From contig CAZXMK010000002.1 in assembly GCA_964641935.1 (NCBI GenBank), positions 1 to 42,651 on the forward strand: a DNA stretch of 42,651 bases. Direction: 5' to 3'. The notes beneath the pieces are model-generated. The model saw only the letters and a list, made by a program, of their open reading frames with translations. It did not search any database and was not told the origin of the DNA. This DNA comes from an uncultured Syntrophaceae bacterium. GTDB lineage: Bacteria; Desulfobacterota; Syntrophia; Syntrophales; PHBD01. The position numbers and the translations under genes are program-made. Below are positions 1 through 9,586 of the stretch, piece by piece (position 1 is the stretch's first letter; every line of letters starts with the position of its first letter).

Positions 1-351
1 GAGTCAAAGCAGCAGGAGAAGGAATTCGCACAGGAGTCAAGTGCTCATCAATCCGAACGGGATAAACTGGAATTGGAGATGAAATCCCTTGATGAAGGTA
101 TTGCGGAATGTCAGGCAAGAAACGCACAGATCAGAAGCGCCCTTGAGGAAGGTCTGATCCGTAAATATGAGGCCATTCGGAACCTGCATAAGGGGGTCGC
201 CGTTGTTTCCGTCTGGAAGGAAGTCTGTAACGGATGTCATATGAATATTCCTCCGCAGATGTACAATGAATTGCAGAAAACCACGATATTGATGTCCTGC
301 CCTCATTGCAACCGGATCATATACTGGCAAAATCAGGAAGAAAATTCTTAG
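1..351 (+). CDS. C4-type zinc-ribbon/coiled-coil protein (COG1579, DUF164-like), 5' end cut by window edge
   Basis: Frame 1 is open from nt 1. The C-terminus carries two CxxC pairs (CNGCHMNIPPQ...CPHCNRIIY) after a charged helical region. It lies immediately upstream of rnpB, a synteny I recall from many bacteria. Confidence 0.8.
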   Translation, partial: ESKQQEKEFAQESSAHQSERDKLELEMKSLDEGIAECQARNAQIRSALEEGLIRKYEAIRNLHKGVAVVSVWKEVCNGCHMNIPPQMYNELQKTTILMSCPHCNRIIYWQNQEENS

Positions 352-461
352 TCGTTGCCGGTAGATACCGATATCGCTTCGGCTTCGGGTTGTTCTATGG
401 GTGATGGCCGAAATTTCTATTGACTAACCTGAGATAATCAATACGATTAAAACGGGAGTTG

Positions 462-868
462 TAGCAGGGCAGATGATCGCTGGTCCGCTTGCGGGCTGGA
501 GGAAAGTCCGAGCTCCACAGGGCAGGATGGTCGCTAACGGCGACTGGGGGCAACCCTAAGGAAAGTGCCACAGAAAAGATACCGCCCCTCCGGTTCCCGG
601 AGGTCCCTTGGGGAGGCGGGATTCGTCCCGCGGGTAAGGGTGAAATGGCGAGGTAAGAGCTCACCAGTTTCCCGGGTGACCGGGAAAGCTTGGTAAACCC
701 CATCCGGAGCAAGACCGAATAGGAGAACGTTTGAGGACGGCCCGTCCGATGTTCTCGGGTAGCGTCGCTTGAGGCGGCAGGCAACTGCCGTCCCAGATGA
801 ATGGCCACCACCGCCCGGCCGGCAACGGCCGCACGGAACAGAACTCGGCTTATGATCTGGTCCGGCAC
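462..868 (+). ncRNA. rnpB: RNase P RNA, bacterial type A (ends approximate, +/-15 nt)
   Basis: Universally conserved P4 and core strings read directly: GGAGGAAAGTCCGAGCTCCACAGGGCAGG, GGAAAGTGCCACAGAAAAGATACCGCC, GGTAAGGGTGAAA, GGTAAACCCCATCCGGAGCAAGACCGAATAGG, AGATGAATGGCCA, ACAGAACTCGGCTTAT. The 5' GGGCAGAT can pair with the 3' ATCTGGTCC (P1). The track ORFs over this region are spurious. Confidence 0.9.
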
Positions 869-876
869 CCTCCTTC

Positions 877-1269
877 CTACCAAAGACCGTCAAAGGCATC
901 CCGGAAGATCTCGATCCGGCTCCCCGAGACATCCATCCTGACCGACACGACGTCAAAACGGCACTTCTCGTTCACGAGTCCCTTCCAGTTCAGGTAATGA
1001 AGGGAAATCCTCGTCAGCCTCCGCTGCTTTTCCGGTCCCACGGACTCCTCCGGCTCCCCGAAGGCCCCGGAGCGCCGTGTTTTCACCTCCGCGAAAACGA
1101 GAACATCGCCTTCCCTGGCGATGATATCCATCTCGCCGGCTGAACACCGGTAATTTCTCTCGACAATCACATATCCGGCTTTTTTCAGATGAGCCGCCGC
1201 CAGATCTTCCCCTATGGCGCCTCTTCGCGGTGTCGGCGCCTCTTTTTTCGGTTCCGGCAGGCGCATCAT
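877..1269 (-). CDS. yraN: YraN family endonuclease-like protein (UPF0102)
   Basis: GEDLAAAHLKKAGYVIVERNYRCSAGEMDIIAREGDVLVFAEVKTRR is the typical UPF0102 core. ATGA start/stop overlap with rnhB. The rnhB-yraN pairing is conserved. Confidence 0.85.
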   Translation of the reverse strand: MMRLPEPKKEAPTPRRGAIGEDLAAAHLKKAGYVIVERNYRCSAGEMDIIAREGDVLVFAEVKTRRSGAFGEPEESVGPEKQRRLTRISLHYLNWKGLVNEKCRFDVVSVRMDVSGSRIEIFRDAFDGLW

Positions 1270-1892
1270 GAAAAGGGGAGAAGTTCCGATGGAGAGGAAG
1301 AGGCCTTCCCCTTCAGGTGAAAGGATTTGCGGTGAATCTTGGAGGCCCCGTAAACCTGGATGGCGTTCCGGTGTTCCTCCGTTCCGTACCCCTTGTTCTG
1401 GAGAAAATTGTACTGGGGAAACTGGTGATGATAGATTTCCATGATCTTGTCGCGGGAGACCTTGGCCACAATGGAAGCCGCTGCAATGGACACGCTCAGG
1501 CGGTCTCCTCCGACGATGACCTTTTGGTGAAAGTCCAGAAGGATTGCATTGCGGCCATCGACAAGAAGATAATCCGGCCGCCGGGACAGGCTGAGGACAG
1601 CATCCTTCATCGCGGCCAGCGTCGCCTGCAGGATGTTGATCCGGTCGATCACCTGCGCTTCGATCACGCCAATGCCGACCGCCAGAGCATCCTGGTGGAT
1701 CCGGTCATGGAGAGCTTCCCGGATCTTCGGGCGCAGCAGCTTGGAATCTTTGATGTCGGGATTCCTGTATCCGGAAGGGAAAATGACGGCGGCGGCAACG
1801 ACAGGTCCACAAAGAGCCCCCCGACCGGCTTCATCAACGCCGGCAATGGAAGAAAAACCCTCCTGAAGAGCCTTGCGTTCGAAATGATCCAT
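1266..1892 (-). CDS. rnhB: Ribonuclease HII
   Basis: IAGVDEAGRGALCGPVVAAAV active-site motif. The length (208 aa) and position after rplS fit. Confidence 0.95.
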   Translation of the reverse strand: MDHFERKALQEGFSSIAGVDEAGRGALCGPVVAAAVIFPSGYRNPDIKDSKLLRPKIREALHDRIHQDALAVGIGVIEAQVIDRINILQATLAAMKDAVLSLSRRPDYLLVDGRNAILLDFHQKVIVGGDRLSVSIAAASIVAKVSRDKIMEIYHHQFPQYNFLQNKGYGTEEHRNAIQVYGASKIHRKSFHLKGKASSSPSELLPFS

Positions 1893-1962
1893 CGCTCCCT
1901 TCGGCGGAGGTCCCCATAAGAGACCCCGCCGCCGCGGGATGGAGTGTGCCTGTCCCGCTGTT

Positions 1963-2310
1963 TCAGATCCTGCTTGCGTCCTTGATCCGGGCCTTCTTCC
2001 CTCTCAGACCCCTCAGGTAGTAGAGCCGGGATCTTCGGACCTTGCCGCGGCTGATCACCTCGATCCGGTCGATGACGGGGGAATGAAGCGGAAACGTTCG
2101 TTCGACTCCGATACCGTAGGAGATCTTCCGGACGGTGAAGCTGGAACGGTTGCTTCCACGCCTTTTCCGGATCACAACTCCTTCGAAGGCCTGAATTCGC
2201 TGTTTTTGGCCTTCCACGATCCGGACGTATACTTTCACCGTATCACCGGACTTGAACTCGGGGATGTCGCCCCGCATTTGTTCCTTTTCAATCATATCCA
2301 ATACATTCAT
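1963..2310 (-). CDS. rplS: 50S ribosomal protein L19
   Basis: [47 protein letters not shown] is a canonical L19 N-terminus. It follows trmD. Confidence 0.97.
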   Translation of the reverse strand: MNVLDMIEKEQMRGDIPEFKSGDTVKVYVRIVEGQKQRIQAFEGVVIRKRRGSNRSSFTVRKISYGIGVERTFPLHSPVIDRIEVISRGKVRRSRLYYLRGLRGKKARIKDASRI

Positions 2311-2413
2311 GACTAAAGCCTCCTTCTATCCCTTCAAGGCAATCCCTGTAAAAGCCTTTGGTCGACCTGTCTCTCTTTCTCTCTGTCCGCCATCATGGAA
2401 TCGAAAACCGGCG

Positions 2414-3163
2414 TTACAGACCTTCCCGTTCCTTCTCCAGGATCAGGCTCTGCAGCATTTTCCGGTCTTCGTCCTGCAGCGGTGCTGCTTCAAGGAGGTC
2501 CCTGCGCCTCTGCCAGGTCCTCTTCAACGCTTCTCTTCTCCTCCAGTTTTCAATGGCCTTGTGATGGCCTGACAACAGAACGTCCGGAACTTTCCATTCC
2601 CGGAAATTCTCCGGTCTCGTATACTGCGGGTATTCCAGAAGACCGTCGGAAAATGAGTCGGCCTGGGGAGACGTACTGTTTCCCAGAACACCGGGAACCA
2701 GGCGTGCAACGGCATCCACAAGGACCAAGGCCGCCAGTTCCCCTCCCGTCAGGATATAGTCACCGATGGAGATCTCCCGGTCGACCAAATGCATCCTGAT
2801 GCGCTCGTCCACCCCCTCGTAATGCCCGCAGACCATGACCAGCCTGGACCACGAGGCCAGTTCCCGAACCAGTTCCTGCCGCAGCGGCTCTCCCTGGGGA
2901 GTGAGGAGCACGACGAGGGCCCCTTCCCGGTCCGGCACAACGTCTTCCAGCGCCCTGGCCACCGGCTCCACCTTCATGACCATCCCGCCGCCGCCGCCAT
3001 ATGGATAGTCATCGGTCATCCGGTGCTTTCCCTCGGCGTAATCCCGGATGTCGTGCAGGTGGATCTGGATTATCCCCTTATCCCTGGCCTTCCCGATAAG
3101 GCTGGCATCGAAGGGAGATCGGAACATCTCGGGGAAAATCGACAGGATATCGAAGCGGAGCAT
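2414..3163 (-). CDS. trmD: tRNA (guanine37-N1)-methyltransferase
   Basis: [14 protein letters not shown]...GKARDKGI...[13 protein letters not shown]...[11 protein letters not shown] are TrmD signatures. Sits in the rimM-trmD-rplS order. Confidence 0.97.
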   Translation of the reverse strand: MLRFDILSIFPEMFRSPFDASLIGKARDKGIIQIHLHDIRDYAEGKHRMTDDYPYGGGGGMVMKVEPVARALEDVVPDREGALVVLLTPQGEPLRQELVRELASWSRLVMVCGHYEGVDERIRMHLVDREISIGDYILTGGELAALVLVDAVARLVPGVLGNSTSPQADSFSDGLLEYPQYTRPENFREWKVPDVLLSGHHKAIENWRRREALKRTWQRRRDLLEAAPLQDEDRKMLQSLILEKEREGL

Positions 3164-3169
3164 GGCGGA

Positions 3170-3670
3170 TCAAAGTCCCTCGAGGATCCGGACACTCATG
3201 AATCCTCTCTCCGTGTCAATCTCCCGAATCACGTCAGCAATGGCCGGGAGCAGGATCTCCCTTTCGCCCCCCCGGCAGACATAAACATCGTTGCTGCCCG
3301 TGGGAAGGATCTCTTCGATAAATCCCAGAAACCGGCCTTCTTCCGACCGGACCTCCAGGCCGATGAGCTGCCACCAGTAATACTCACCTTCGGGCAGTTT
3401 CTCCAGGCTATCCGCCGGGATCCAGACACTGCATCCCAGAAGGGAATCCGCCTGGTCAATCCGGGAAACTCCCTCCACGGCAAGTAAAAATGCCCGCTTG
3501 AGCGGGTCTATCGTCTTGATCCGGTACGGAACAGCCGATACGGCATCCTGCCCGATATACACTTCACGGATGGTTTCCAGCGTTCGCTCTCCCTCCAGGA
3601 AGGAAAGCACCTTCACAGCTCCCTGCAATCCGTGACATTTGACAATGCGTCCTATTTCCAACAGCTTCAT
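3170..3670 (-). CDS. rimM: 16S rRNA processing protein RimM
   Basis: N-terminal IGRIVKCHGLQGAVKV and C-terminal PRC-barrel-like ILLPAIADVIREID. Positioned between the KH gene and trmD. Confidence 0.93.
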   Translation of the reverse strand: MKLLEIGRIVKCHGLQGAVKVLSFLEGERTLETIREVYIGQDAVSAVPYRIKTIDPLKRAFLLAVEGVSRIDQADSLLGCSVWIPADSLEKLPEGEYYWWQLIGLEVRSEEGRFLGFIEEILPTGSNDVYVCRGGEREILLPAIADVIREIDTERGFMSVRILEGL

Positions 3671-3673
3671 GCA

Positions 3674-3904
3674 TCATTCGATGATCTCTAGGACCGTTCT
3701 CTTACGGATTTTCGTGGACGCGGCGCTTAATATGGCCCGCATTGCCTTGGCGGTTCGTCCCTGTTTTCCGATGACTTTCCCCAAGTCCTCCTTGGCCACT
3801 CTCAATTCGATCACCGAGGTTTGTTCGCCAACGATTTCGTTCACTTCCACCTGATCAGGATGATCCACCAAAGCCTGCGCCATGTACTTGATGAGCTCCT
3901 TCAT
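3674..3904 (-). CDS. KH domain RNA-binding protein (UPF0109/YlqC-like), 76 aa
   Basis: The internal ATG at 3904 is preceded by [28 protein letters not shown]...[18 protein letters not shown] carries the GxxG KH motif. The 154-aa track ORF is an upstream over-extension. Confidence 0.85.
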   Translation of the reverse strand: MKELIKYMAQALVDHPDQVEVNEIVGEQTSVIELRVAKEDLGKVIGKQGRTAKAMRAILSAASTKIRKRTVLEIIE

Positions 3905-4059
3905 CGTTCCCACCTCCGTGATGTCTGCAAAGATTGAAGCGTCACGAATATCGATTCTCACCGGCTGCCCAGCGGCAGCCTGGGATCTCCTGCTTGCACG
4001 ATCGATCGTGGGTCGGAAGCGCCCGAAACATGCCGTTCGGCCGGGGATACGGGCAGCAA

Positions 4060-4311
4060 CTATCCTTTCAGTGGGATTCCCTTTTTCTTCAGCAGCTGGG
4101 AAACGGTAAGCGTCGGTTTCGCTCCCTTGGAGAGCCAATCCCGGACGCGCTCATCCTTTACGGTTACTTCGGCCGGCTCTTTTTTCGGGTCGTAGTGACC
4201 AACGATCTCGATGAATCTCCCGTCTCTGGGAAATTCGGAATCGGCTACTACGATACGGTAGAAAGGCCTGCTCCGTGTTCCCATGCGTGCCAGTCTTATC
4301 TTTGTTGCCAT
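4060..4311 (-). CDS. rpsP: 30S ribosomal protein S16
   Basis: [42 protein letters not shown] is a canonical S16 sequence. I chose the ATG at 4311 rather than the track start. Confidence 0.95.
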   Translation of the reverse strand: MATKIRLARMGTRSRPFYRIVVADSEFPRDGRFIEIVGHYDPKKEPAEVTVKDERVRDWLSKGAKPTLTVSQLLKKKGIPLKG

Positions 4312-4381
4312 CCTATCTGCTTGTAACCTCCTCCGAAAATGGTTTTGCCAACGAAAAGAGTGCTTGATTAACACATCTCTT

Positions 4382-5722
4382 TCAGAATGAAAAGGGAAAA
4401 TTCCCCCTCCGGAGGGCCTTCATCCCGTCCTTGGAGGTCATCCGTTTCATCATTTTTCTCATTTCGATGTAATTTTTCAACAGCCGGTTCACGTCCTGTA
4501 CGGAGGTTCCGCTTCCCCGGGCAATCCTTTTTCGCCTGGAGCCGTCGATGATCAGGTAGTTCGCCCGTTCCTGCCGGGTCATGGAATCGATGATGGCAGA
4601 GATCCGGACGAGTTCCTTTTCATCGGGCATGGTGTCCTTCATCGCCTTTATCCGTCCCAGACCGGGTATCATGCCCAGAATGTCCTGGAGCGATCCCATC
4701 TTTCGGATCTGAGACAACTGGTCGCGGAAGTCTTCCAGGGTGAATTCATTCTTACGGATTTTGCGCTCCAGTTCAAGAGCCTTCTTCTGGTCAACCGCTG
4801 TCTGGGCCTTTTCCACCAGGGTCAGGATATCTCCCATCCCGAGGATCCTGGAGGCCATCCGCTCCGGGTGGAACGGCTCCAGCGCATCCACCTTTTCCCC
4901 TACGCCGACAAACTTGATCGGTTTTCCAATGACCGCACGCAGCGAAAGAGCCGCACCACCTCTGGCATCCCCATCCATCTTCGTCATGATGACGCCGTCG
5001 ATGCCGAGGCTTTCGTTGAATTTCGCCGCCACGTTCACCGCTTCCTGACCGGTCATCGCATCTGCCACGAAAAGAATCTCCCCGGGCTGTACGGCTTCCT
5101 TGATGCGCCGCAGTTCTTCCATCATTTCTTCATCGATGTGCAGTCGACCCGCGGTGTCGATGATCAGGACTTCGTACCCTTTCGAACGGGCTTCATCGAC
5201 GGCGTTCAGGCAGATTTTCACGGGATCCTTCAGGTCATCCGCCCGGTGGAAACCGGCGCCGATGGACCCGGTCAGGACCCGCAGCTGCTCAATGGCAGCC
5301 GGCCGATAGACGTCGGCGGAAACAAGGGATACCCGCTTTCCCTGGGCCGCCAGGAAGCGGGCCAGTTTCACGGACGTTGTCGTCTTTCCGCACCCCTGGA
5401 GACCCACCATCATGACCGGCGTCGGGATCCGGCTCCCGAAGCGCATCATGCTTCCCGTTGTGCCCATGAGCTCCACGAGGCGGTCGTGGACGATCTTGAC
5501 GACCTGCTGTCCCGGTGACAGGCTTTCCAGAACGTGCTGGCCGACCGCACGTGTGCGGACGTCCTCAACAAAATCACGGACGACCCGGAAGTTTACATCC
5601 GCTTCGAGAAGAGCCATGCGGATCTCCCGCATGGCCTCCTGGATGTTCTCCTCCGTCAATACGCCGCGGCCCCTGAGCTTCTTGAAGATTCCTTCCAGTT
5701 TTTCCGTCAGATTCTCAAACAT
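4382..5722 (-). CDS. ffh: Signal recognition particle protein Ffh
   Basis: [19 protein letters not shown]-domain, [11 protein letters not shown]-loop, [16 protein letters not shown], and a Met-rich M domain. Start taken at the conserved MFENL (5722). Confidence 0.97.
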   Translation of the reverse strand: MFENLTEKLEGIFKKLRGRGVLTEENIQEAMREIRMALLEADVNFRVVRDFVEDVRTRAVGQHVLESLSPGQQVVKIVHDRLVELMGTTGSMMRFGSRIPTPVMMVGLQGCGKTTTSVKLARFLAAQGKRVSLVSADVYRPAAIEQLRVLTGSIGAGFHRADDLKDPVKICLNAVDEARSKGYEVLIIDTAGRLHIDEEMMEELRRIKEAVQPGEILFVADAMTGQEAVNVAAKFNESLGIDGVIMTKMDGDARGGAALSLRAVIGKPIKFVGVGEKVDALEPFHPERMASRILGMGDILTLVEKAQTAVDQKKALELERKIRKNEFTLEDFRDQLSQIRKMGSLQDILGMIPGLGRIKAMKDTMPDEKELVRISAIIDSMTRQERANYLIIDGSRRKRIARGSGTSVQDVNRLLKNYIEMRKMMKRMTSKDGMKALRRGNFPFSF

Positions 5723-5833
5723 GATCGTCGACCTTTGCTGCATGCCTTCGGGACCTTCGTTCCGGAATGCATGCGACACGGCACGCACTGTCTCCGGACC
5801 CTCTCAGAGACAGCCCGTCACTCTGTAAAAAAA

Positions 5834-6664
5834 TCAGTTTTTGCGGATGATGCAGCTTGCTCCCTGAATCTTCTTCGCGATCCGATCTGCGGCCTTTTGC
5901 GCCGCCTCCCGGGACTCAAATCCACCGACGACAATGCGGTACCAGCGCCCTTTCGCCGGTAGGTCAACAGCTAGGACACGCGGCTTGAATCCGAGGGACC
6001 CCAGTTTTTTCGCCGTCTCTTCGGCCTTCGCCTTTTCCTTGTAGGAAGCGACCTGCAGGCTGAAGGATTCTTTCCCCTTCCCGGTCTCCTTCACCGGTTC
6101 GGCCGATTTTCCGGGGGTCGCGCTCCCCGTCGCCACACCAGGGGCAGGTGCAGGCGGCGCAATCGCCCTCGCGGCCTTTTTCTCCGTAGCCGTATCCTTT
6201 GAACCCGCCGGTGTACGTTCAGTCGCACTTGCCGGAGGGGCCGCCCCTTTCTGTGCTACCCCACCGCCTGACGGTGGAGAGGGTGCGGCAGCAGGTGAGG
6301 GCGCCGGCGGACGGACGGATGTCTGGGCTGTCTGAGCCGGAGGAGGAACCGCACCGGACGATGCCGCCTGCCCCACCGGAACGACACCGGGCGACACGGC
6401 TGCAGCCTTCTCCCCTCCCGCGGGCGGTGTCAAAACGGCTTTTGCCGGAGCCGTCGCCGTCGTTCCTGCCTTTTCTGTCCCGGTCGGAGATGACCGGCTG
6501 ATTCGGATCGCCGGATTCTCCATGTCCCGACCCATCTGCAGACCCACCCAGAAGGAGGCGAAGACGAGAACCGACATTCCCGCGGCAAAGAGCAGCAATC
6601 CGCGTTTTCCCAACCGGAATTCGAATCGCTTTTCGTTCCTCGGGGGCATTCCGCCGTTCTCCAT
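5834..6664 (-). CDS. SPOR domain protein with N-terminal TM anchor and Pro/Ala-rich linker
   Basis: One TM helix (LLLFAAGMSVLVFASFWVGL), a long low-complexity P/A/S/T linker, and a C-terminal SPOR-like FSLQVASYKEKAKAEETAKKL...RWYRIVVGGFESREAAQKAADRI. Confidence 0.8.
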   Translation of the reverse strand: MENGGMPPRNEKRFEFRLGKRGLLLFAAGMSVLVFASFWVGLQMGRDMENPAIRISRSSPTGTEKAGTTATAPAKAVLTPPAGGEKAAAVSPGVVPVGQAASSGAVPPPAQTAQTSVRPPAPSPAAAPSPPSGGGVAQKGAAPPASATERTPAGSKDTATEKKAARAIAPPAPAPGVATGSATPGKSAEPVKETGKGKESFSLQVASYKEKAKAEETAKKLGSLGFKPRVLAVDLPAKGRWYRIVVGGFESREAAQKAADRIAKKIQGASCIIRKN

Positions 6665-6687
6665 ACCGCTTCGGGAAAAACCCGACG

Positions 6688-8352
6688 TTACATCGCTTCG
6701 GGTGCCGCCACGCCGAGCAGGCTCAATCCGTTCCGGATCACCGTCTGGATGCAGGCGACCAGGAACAGACGTGCCCTGCTCAGGGACTCGTCCTCGGAAA
6801 GAACCTTGTTCCGGTTGTAGTAACTGTGAAACAATCCCGCGAGATCGCTCAGATAAAAGGTCAGACGGTGCGGTTCCAGGGTAAGGGACGCAGCTTCCAC
6901 GACCTCCGGATAGCGGACAATCGTCTTGATGAGGGCGATTTCCTCATCCAGATTCAGGGCCGACGGATCCACCTCCCGGCTTACGGGCTGGACGACACCG
7001 CGTTCCGCCGCTGTTCTGAAGATGCTGCAGATCCGGGCATGGGCGTACTGGACGTAATAAACGGGGTTCTCGTTGGACTGGCGCTTCGCCACTTCCAGAT
7101 CGAAATCCAGGTGGCTGTCGGAGCGGCGCATGAGGAAATTGTACCGGGCCGCATCCTTCCCCACTTCGTCCACTACCTGCCTGAGCGTAACGAACTCGCC
7201 GGCCCGGGTGGACATGGCCACCGGCTTCCCGTCGCGGAGCAGGTTGACGAGCTGCACGAGGATCACCTGCAGTGCTTCGCTTTCGTGACCGATGGCCTGA
7301 ACGCCGGCCATCATCCGGGGAATGTATCCGTGGTGATCGGCTCCCCAGATGTCGATGACCGTATCGAATCCCCGGGCGAACTTGTTCCGGTGATAAGCGA
7401 TATCGGCGGCAAAATACGTCGGCTCGCCGTTCTGACGAACCACCACCCGGTCCTTCTCGTCTCCAAATGAGGTCGTCCGGAACCATAGGGTTCCTTCCTC
7501 TTCGTAGATGAATCCCTTCTGCTTCAACTCCTCGAGAAGCCTTGCAACACCGTCGTCCTTGTAGAGCTCCCGTTCGCTGAAATAGAGATCGAAGACCACG
7601 CCGAATGCTTTCAGGTCATCCTTGATCCCCTCCAGGATCACGCCACCGGCGTCGGCAGACAGGAGCGGAACGGACTCCTGTTCTCCCAGGGTCCGGTAGC
7701 GATCGCCGTCCCGGTCCAGGATCTCCCGGGCCAGTTCCGTAATGTATTCTCCCCGGTACCCGTTTTCCGGGAATAAAACGTCCTCTCCCAGGAGTTGCAG
7801 GTATCGGTAATAAACGGAGCGCCCCAGGTTGTTCATCTGGTTGCCCGCATCGTTGATGTAGTACTCCCGGAAAACCGAGTGCCCGGTGGCGACAAGGATG
7901 TTTGCAACGACGTCCCCCACAACGGCACCGCGGGCATGCCCGATGTGCAGGGGGCCGGTCGGATTGGCACTGACGAATTCAACCTGCATTCTCCGGTTCC
8001 GGCCGAGGTCCGACATTCCGTACCGTTCCCCCCCCTCCTCCACCTCCCCGAGCTTCCGGTACCATTGGGCCGGCGAGATGAAAAAGTTGATGAAACCGGG
8101 ACCGGCGATTTCCATCTTCTGGATGACTCTCCCGGAATCGCCGAGCTTCGCCACGAGGATCTCCGCGATCTGGCGCGGCTTTCTCTTCAGACGGGAGGCC
8201 AGGACCATGGCCGCGTTGGAGGCATAGTCACCGTGGGCGGGGTCTTTCGTCCAGTCCACTTCAAGGGCAGGAACGTCACACGACGGCAGGAGCCCTTCCC
8301 GAAAAGAGGCCGCCAGGGCCTCGGACAGCATGTTTTGCAGCGTTCGTTTCAT
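6688..8352 (-). CDS. argS: Arginine--tRNA ligase
   Basis: Class I HIGH motif ([12 protein letters not shown]), an [13 protein letters not shown]-like loop, a DALR-type anticodon-binding C-terminus, 554 aa. Confidence 0.97.
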   Translation of the reverse strand: MKRTLQNMLSEALAASFREGLLPSCDVPALEVDWTKDPAHGDYASNAAMVLASRLKRKPRQIAEILVAKLGDSGRVIQKMEIAGPGFINFFISPAQWYRKLGEVEEGGERYGMSDLGRNRRMQVEFVSANPTGPLHIGHARGAVVGDVVANILVATGHSVFREYYINDAGNQMNNLGRSVYYRYLQLLGEDVLFPENGYRGEYITELAREILDRDGDRYRTLGEQESVPLLSADAGGVILEGIKDDLKAFGVVFDLYFSERELYKDDGVARLLEELKQKGFIYEEEGTLWFRTTSFGDEKDRVVVRQNGEPTYFAADIAYHRNKFARGFDTVIDIWGADHHGYIPRMMAGVQAIGHESEALQVILVQLVNLLRDGKPVAMSTRAGEFVTLRQVVDEVGKDAARYNFLMRRSDSHLDFDLEVAKRQSNENPVYYVQYAHARICSIFRTAAERGVVQPVSREVDPSALNLDEEIALIKTIVRYPEVVEAASLTLEPHRLTFYLSDLAGLFHSYYNRNKVLSEDESLSRARLFLVACIQTVIRNGLSLLGVAAPEAM

Positions 8353-8389
8353 ACCGGCTTCTTTAGAAAAAAATCCCCTTCAGGACAGC

Positions 8390-8415
8390 AAAAAGGTTGG
8401 CACGGGGCCAACCTT
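8390..8415 (-). terminator. Intrinsic terminator downstream of the Cys mini-ORF and about 40 nt upstream of the argS start
   Basis: 9-bp stem AAGGTTGGC/GCCAACCTT (8393-8401 / 8407-8415) with loop ACGGG. On the minus strand it is followed by a 5-U run (A90-A94 on plus). The plus side also has TTTT. Confidence 0.6.
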
Positions 8416-8504
8416 TTCATAACCGCGGGTTCAGAAACTCGCCATTGGGATCCGCATCGAGAAATCGAATGTATGCAGGCCCGGATCCCGCCGGGGATCC
8501 GTTC

Positions 8505-8675
8505 CTATCCGTCGAATTTCTTTTTCGCCGTTTCGATATCCTGGTCCTTGATCGCCAGATCTCTCGTGTAATCGGGACAATGCACGTTCCCCGAGGAATC
8601 CGTCGAGACGCTGAACCGCTTCTGGCAGGTGCCTCGCCACGCACAGATCGCACAGTACTTTTTATCTGTTCCCAT
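8505..8675 (-). CDS. Unannotated 56-aa Cys-rich small protein (CxxC-x5-C-x15-C)
   Basis: My own translation: MGTDKKYCAICAWRGTCQKRFSVSTDSSGNVHCPDYTRDLAIKDQDIETAKKKFDG*. An AGGGGGA Shine-Dalgarno lies 5 nt before the ATG at 8675. The ORF falls below the 60-aa cut-off of the track. It is flanked by a promoter-like site and two downstream hairpins. Confidence 0.55.
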   Translation of the reverse strand: MGTDKKYCAICAWRGTCQKRFSVSTDSSGNVHCPDYTRDLAIKDQDIETAKKKFDG

Positions 8676-8761
8676 TGAGATCCCCCTTTTCAGCCTTCAA
8701 TCAACTTCGCGTCCGGAAATCAGCCCGCAACAGGCACCGGTTCCTTACCGCTCGGGCGATA

Positions 8762-8790
8762 CATCTATCCGCACCACCCGATGAAGTCAA
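8762..8790 (-). promoter_or_regulatory. Candidate sigma70-type promoter for the Cys mini-ORF
   Basis: Minus strand reads TTGACT (8790-8785), a 17-nt spacer, then TAGATG (8767-8762). The -35 is good and the -10 is weak. Confidence 0.3.
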
Positions 8791-8803
8791 GCCTTTTTGA
8801 ACC

Positions 8804-9574
8804 TTACACGCGCGTCAGAAGCCAGCGCAGAAACGATTCCCCGGCAAAAAGATAACCCAGAGCCCCAAGGCAGAGGAATGGGCCGAACGGGATGGGAGTC
8901 TCCCGGCCCTTCTTTTTCAGCAGGATGTATCCCACTCCGGCCAGCGCTCCGGTGAACGAACTCGCCAGGATAATGAAGACCAATGATTTCCAGCCGAAGA
9001 AAGCGCCCAGCATGGCCAGCAGATTGACGTCCCCGCCTCCCATGCCCTCTTTTCCCGTAATGGCCTCGAAGTACACTGCCACGAAATAGAGGGTGCCCGC
9101 TCCGATCATGATCCCCAGAAAGGAATCCACCGCGGATATCCGCATGATGAATACGGCCGCCAGAAAACAGAGCGGGATTCCCGGCAGCGTGATCGCATGG
9201 GGAATGATCTGGTGGTCCAGGTCGATGAATGTGATGACGATGAGGGCACAGACAAACAGGAAGGCAGCCAGAAAGGGGAGGCTGAGGCCGAACACGTTGA
9301 AAAGCAGCCACCCCAGAAGGGCCGTCAAGGCCTCCACCAGGGGATACCGGAAGGAGATGGGCTCTCCGCAGTCCCGGCATCTCCCCCTCAGAATCAGCCA
9401 GCTGATGATCGGGATGTTGTCGTAGATGCGAATCGGATGCCCGCACCGGGGACATCGCGACGCGGGCTTCACAATGGACTGTCCTTCGACGGGCATCCGG
9501 GCGATGCAGACATTGAGAAAGCTGCCGACGCAGGCTGCCGCGACCGTGATGAAGATGTCCATGAATACGGCCAT
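8804..9574 (-). CDS. pilD: Type IV prepilin peptidase / N-methyltransferase (A24 family)
   Basis: N-terminal CPRCGHPI...CRDCGEPIS zinc-binding pairs, multiple TM helices, and a GGGDVNLLAMLGAFFG catalytic Asp motif. Confidence 0.93.
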   Translation of the reverse strand: MAVFMDIFITVAAACVGSFLNVCIARMPVEGQSIVKPASRCPRCGHPIRIYDNIPIISWLILRGRCRDCGEPISFRYPLVEALTALLGWLLFNVFGLSLPFLAAFLFVCALIVITFIDLDHQIIPHAITLPGIPLCFLAAVFIMRISAVDSFLGIMIGAGTLYFVAVYFEAITGKEGMGGGDVNLLAMLGAFFGWKSLVFIILASSFTGALAGVGYILLKKKGRETPIPFGPFLCLGALGYLFAGESFLRWLLTRV

Positions 9575-9586
9575 GGTCGCCTTCCG

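Noticed and set aside
395-997. Track ORFs 395..883(-), 534..956(-) and 797..997(+).
   Set aside because: They overlie the RNase P RNA gene and the yraN 3' end. The conserved rnpB core explains the sequence.
3674-4374. Long N-terminal extensions in track ORFs. These include 154 aa for the KH protein, 104 aa for S16, and the extensions on ffh, ileS, the NusG paralogue, the ArfB-like gene, the acyl-CoA synthetase and nfnA/nfnB.
   Set aside because: In each case the conserved family N-terminus begins at an internal ATG with its own Shine-Dalgarno. The upstream part overlaps a neighbouring gene, a spacer or a terminator.
6100-6500. Repetitive-looking GC-rich stretch.
   Set aside because: It is the Pro/Ala/Ser/Thr-rich linker of the SPOR protein. 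This is coding low complexity, not a CRISPR array or tandem DNA repeat.
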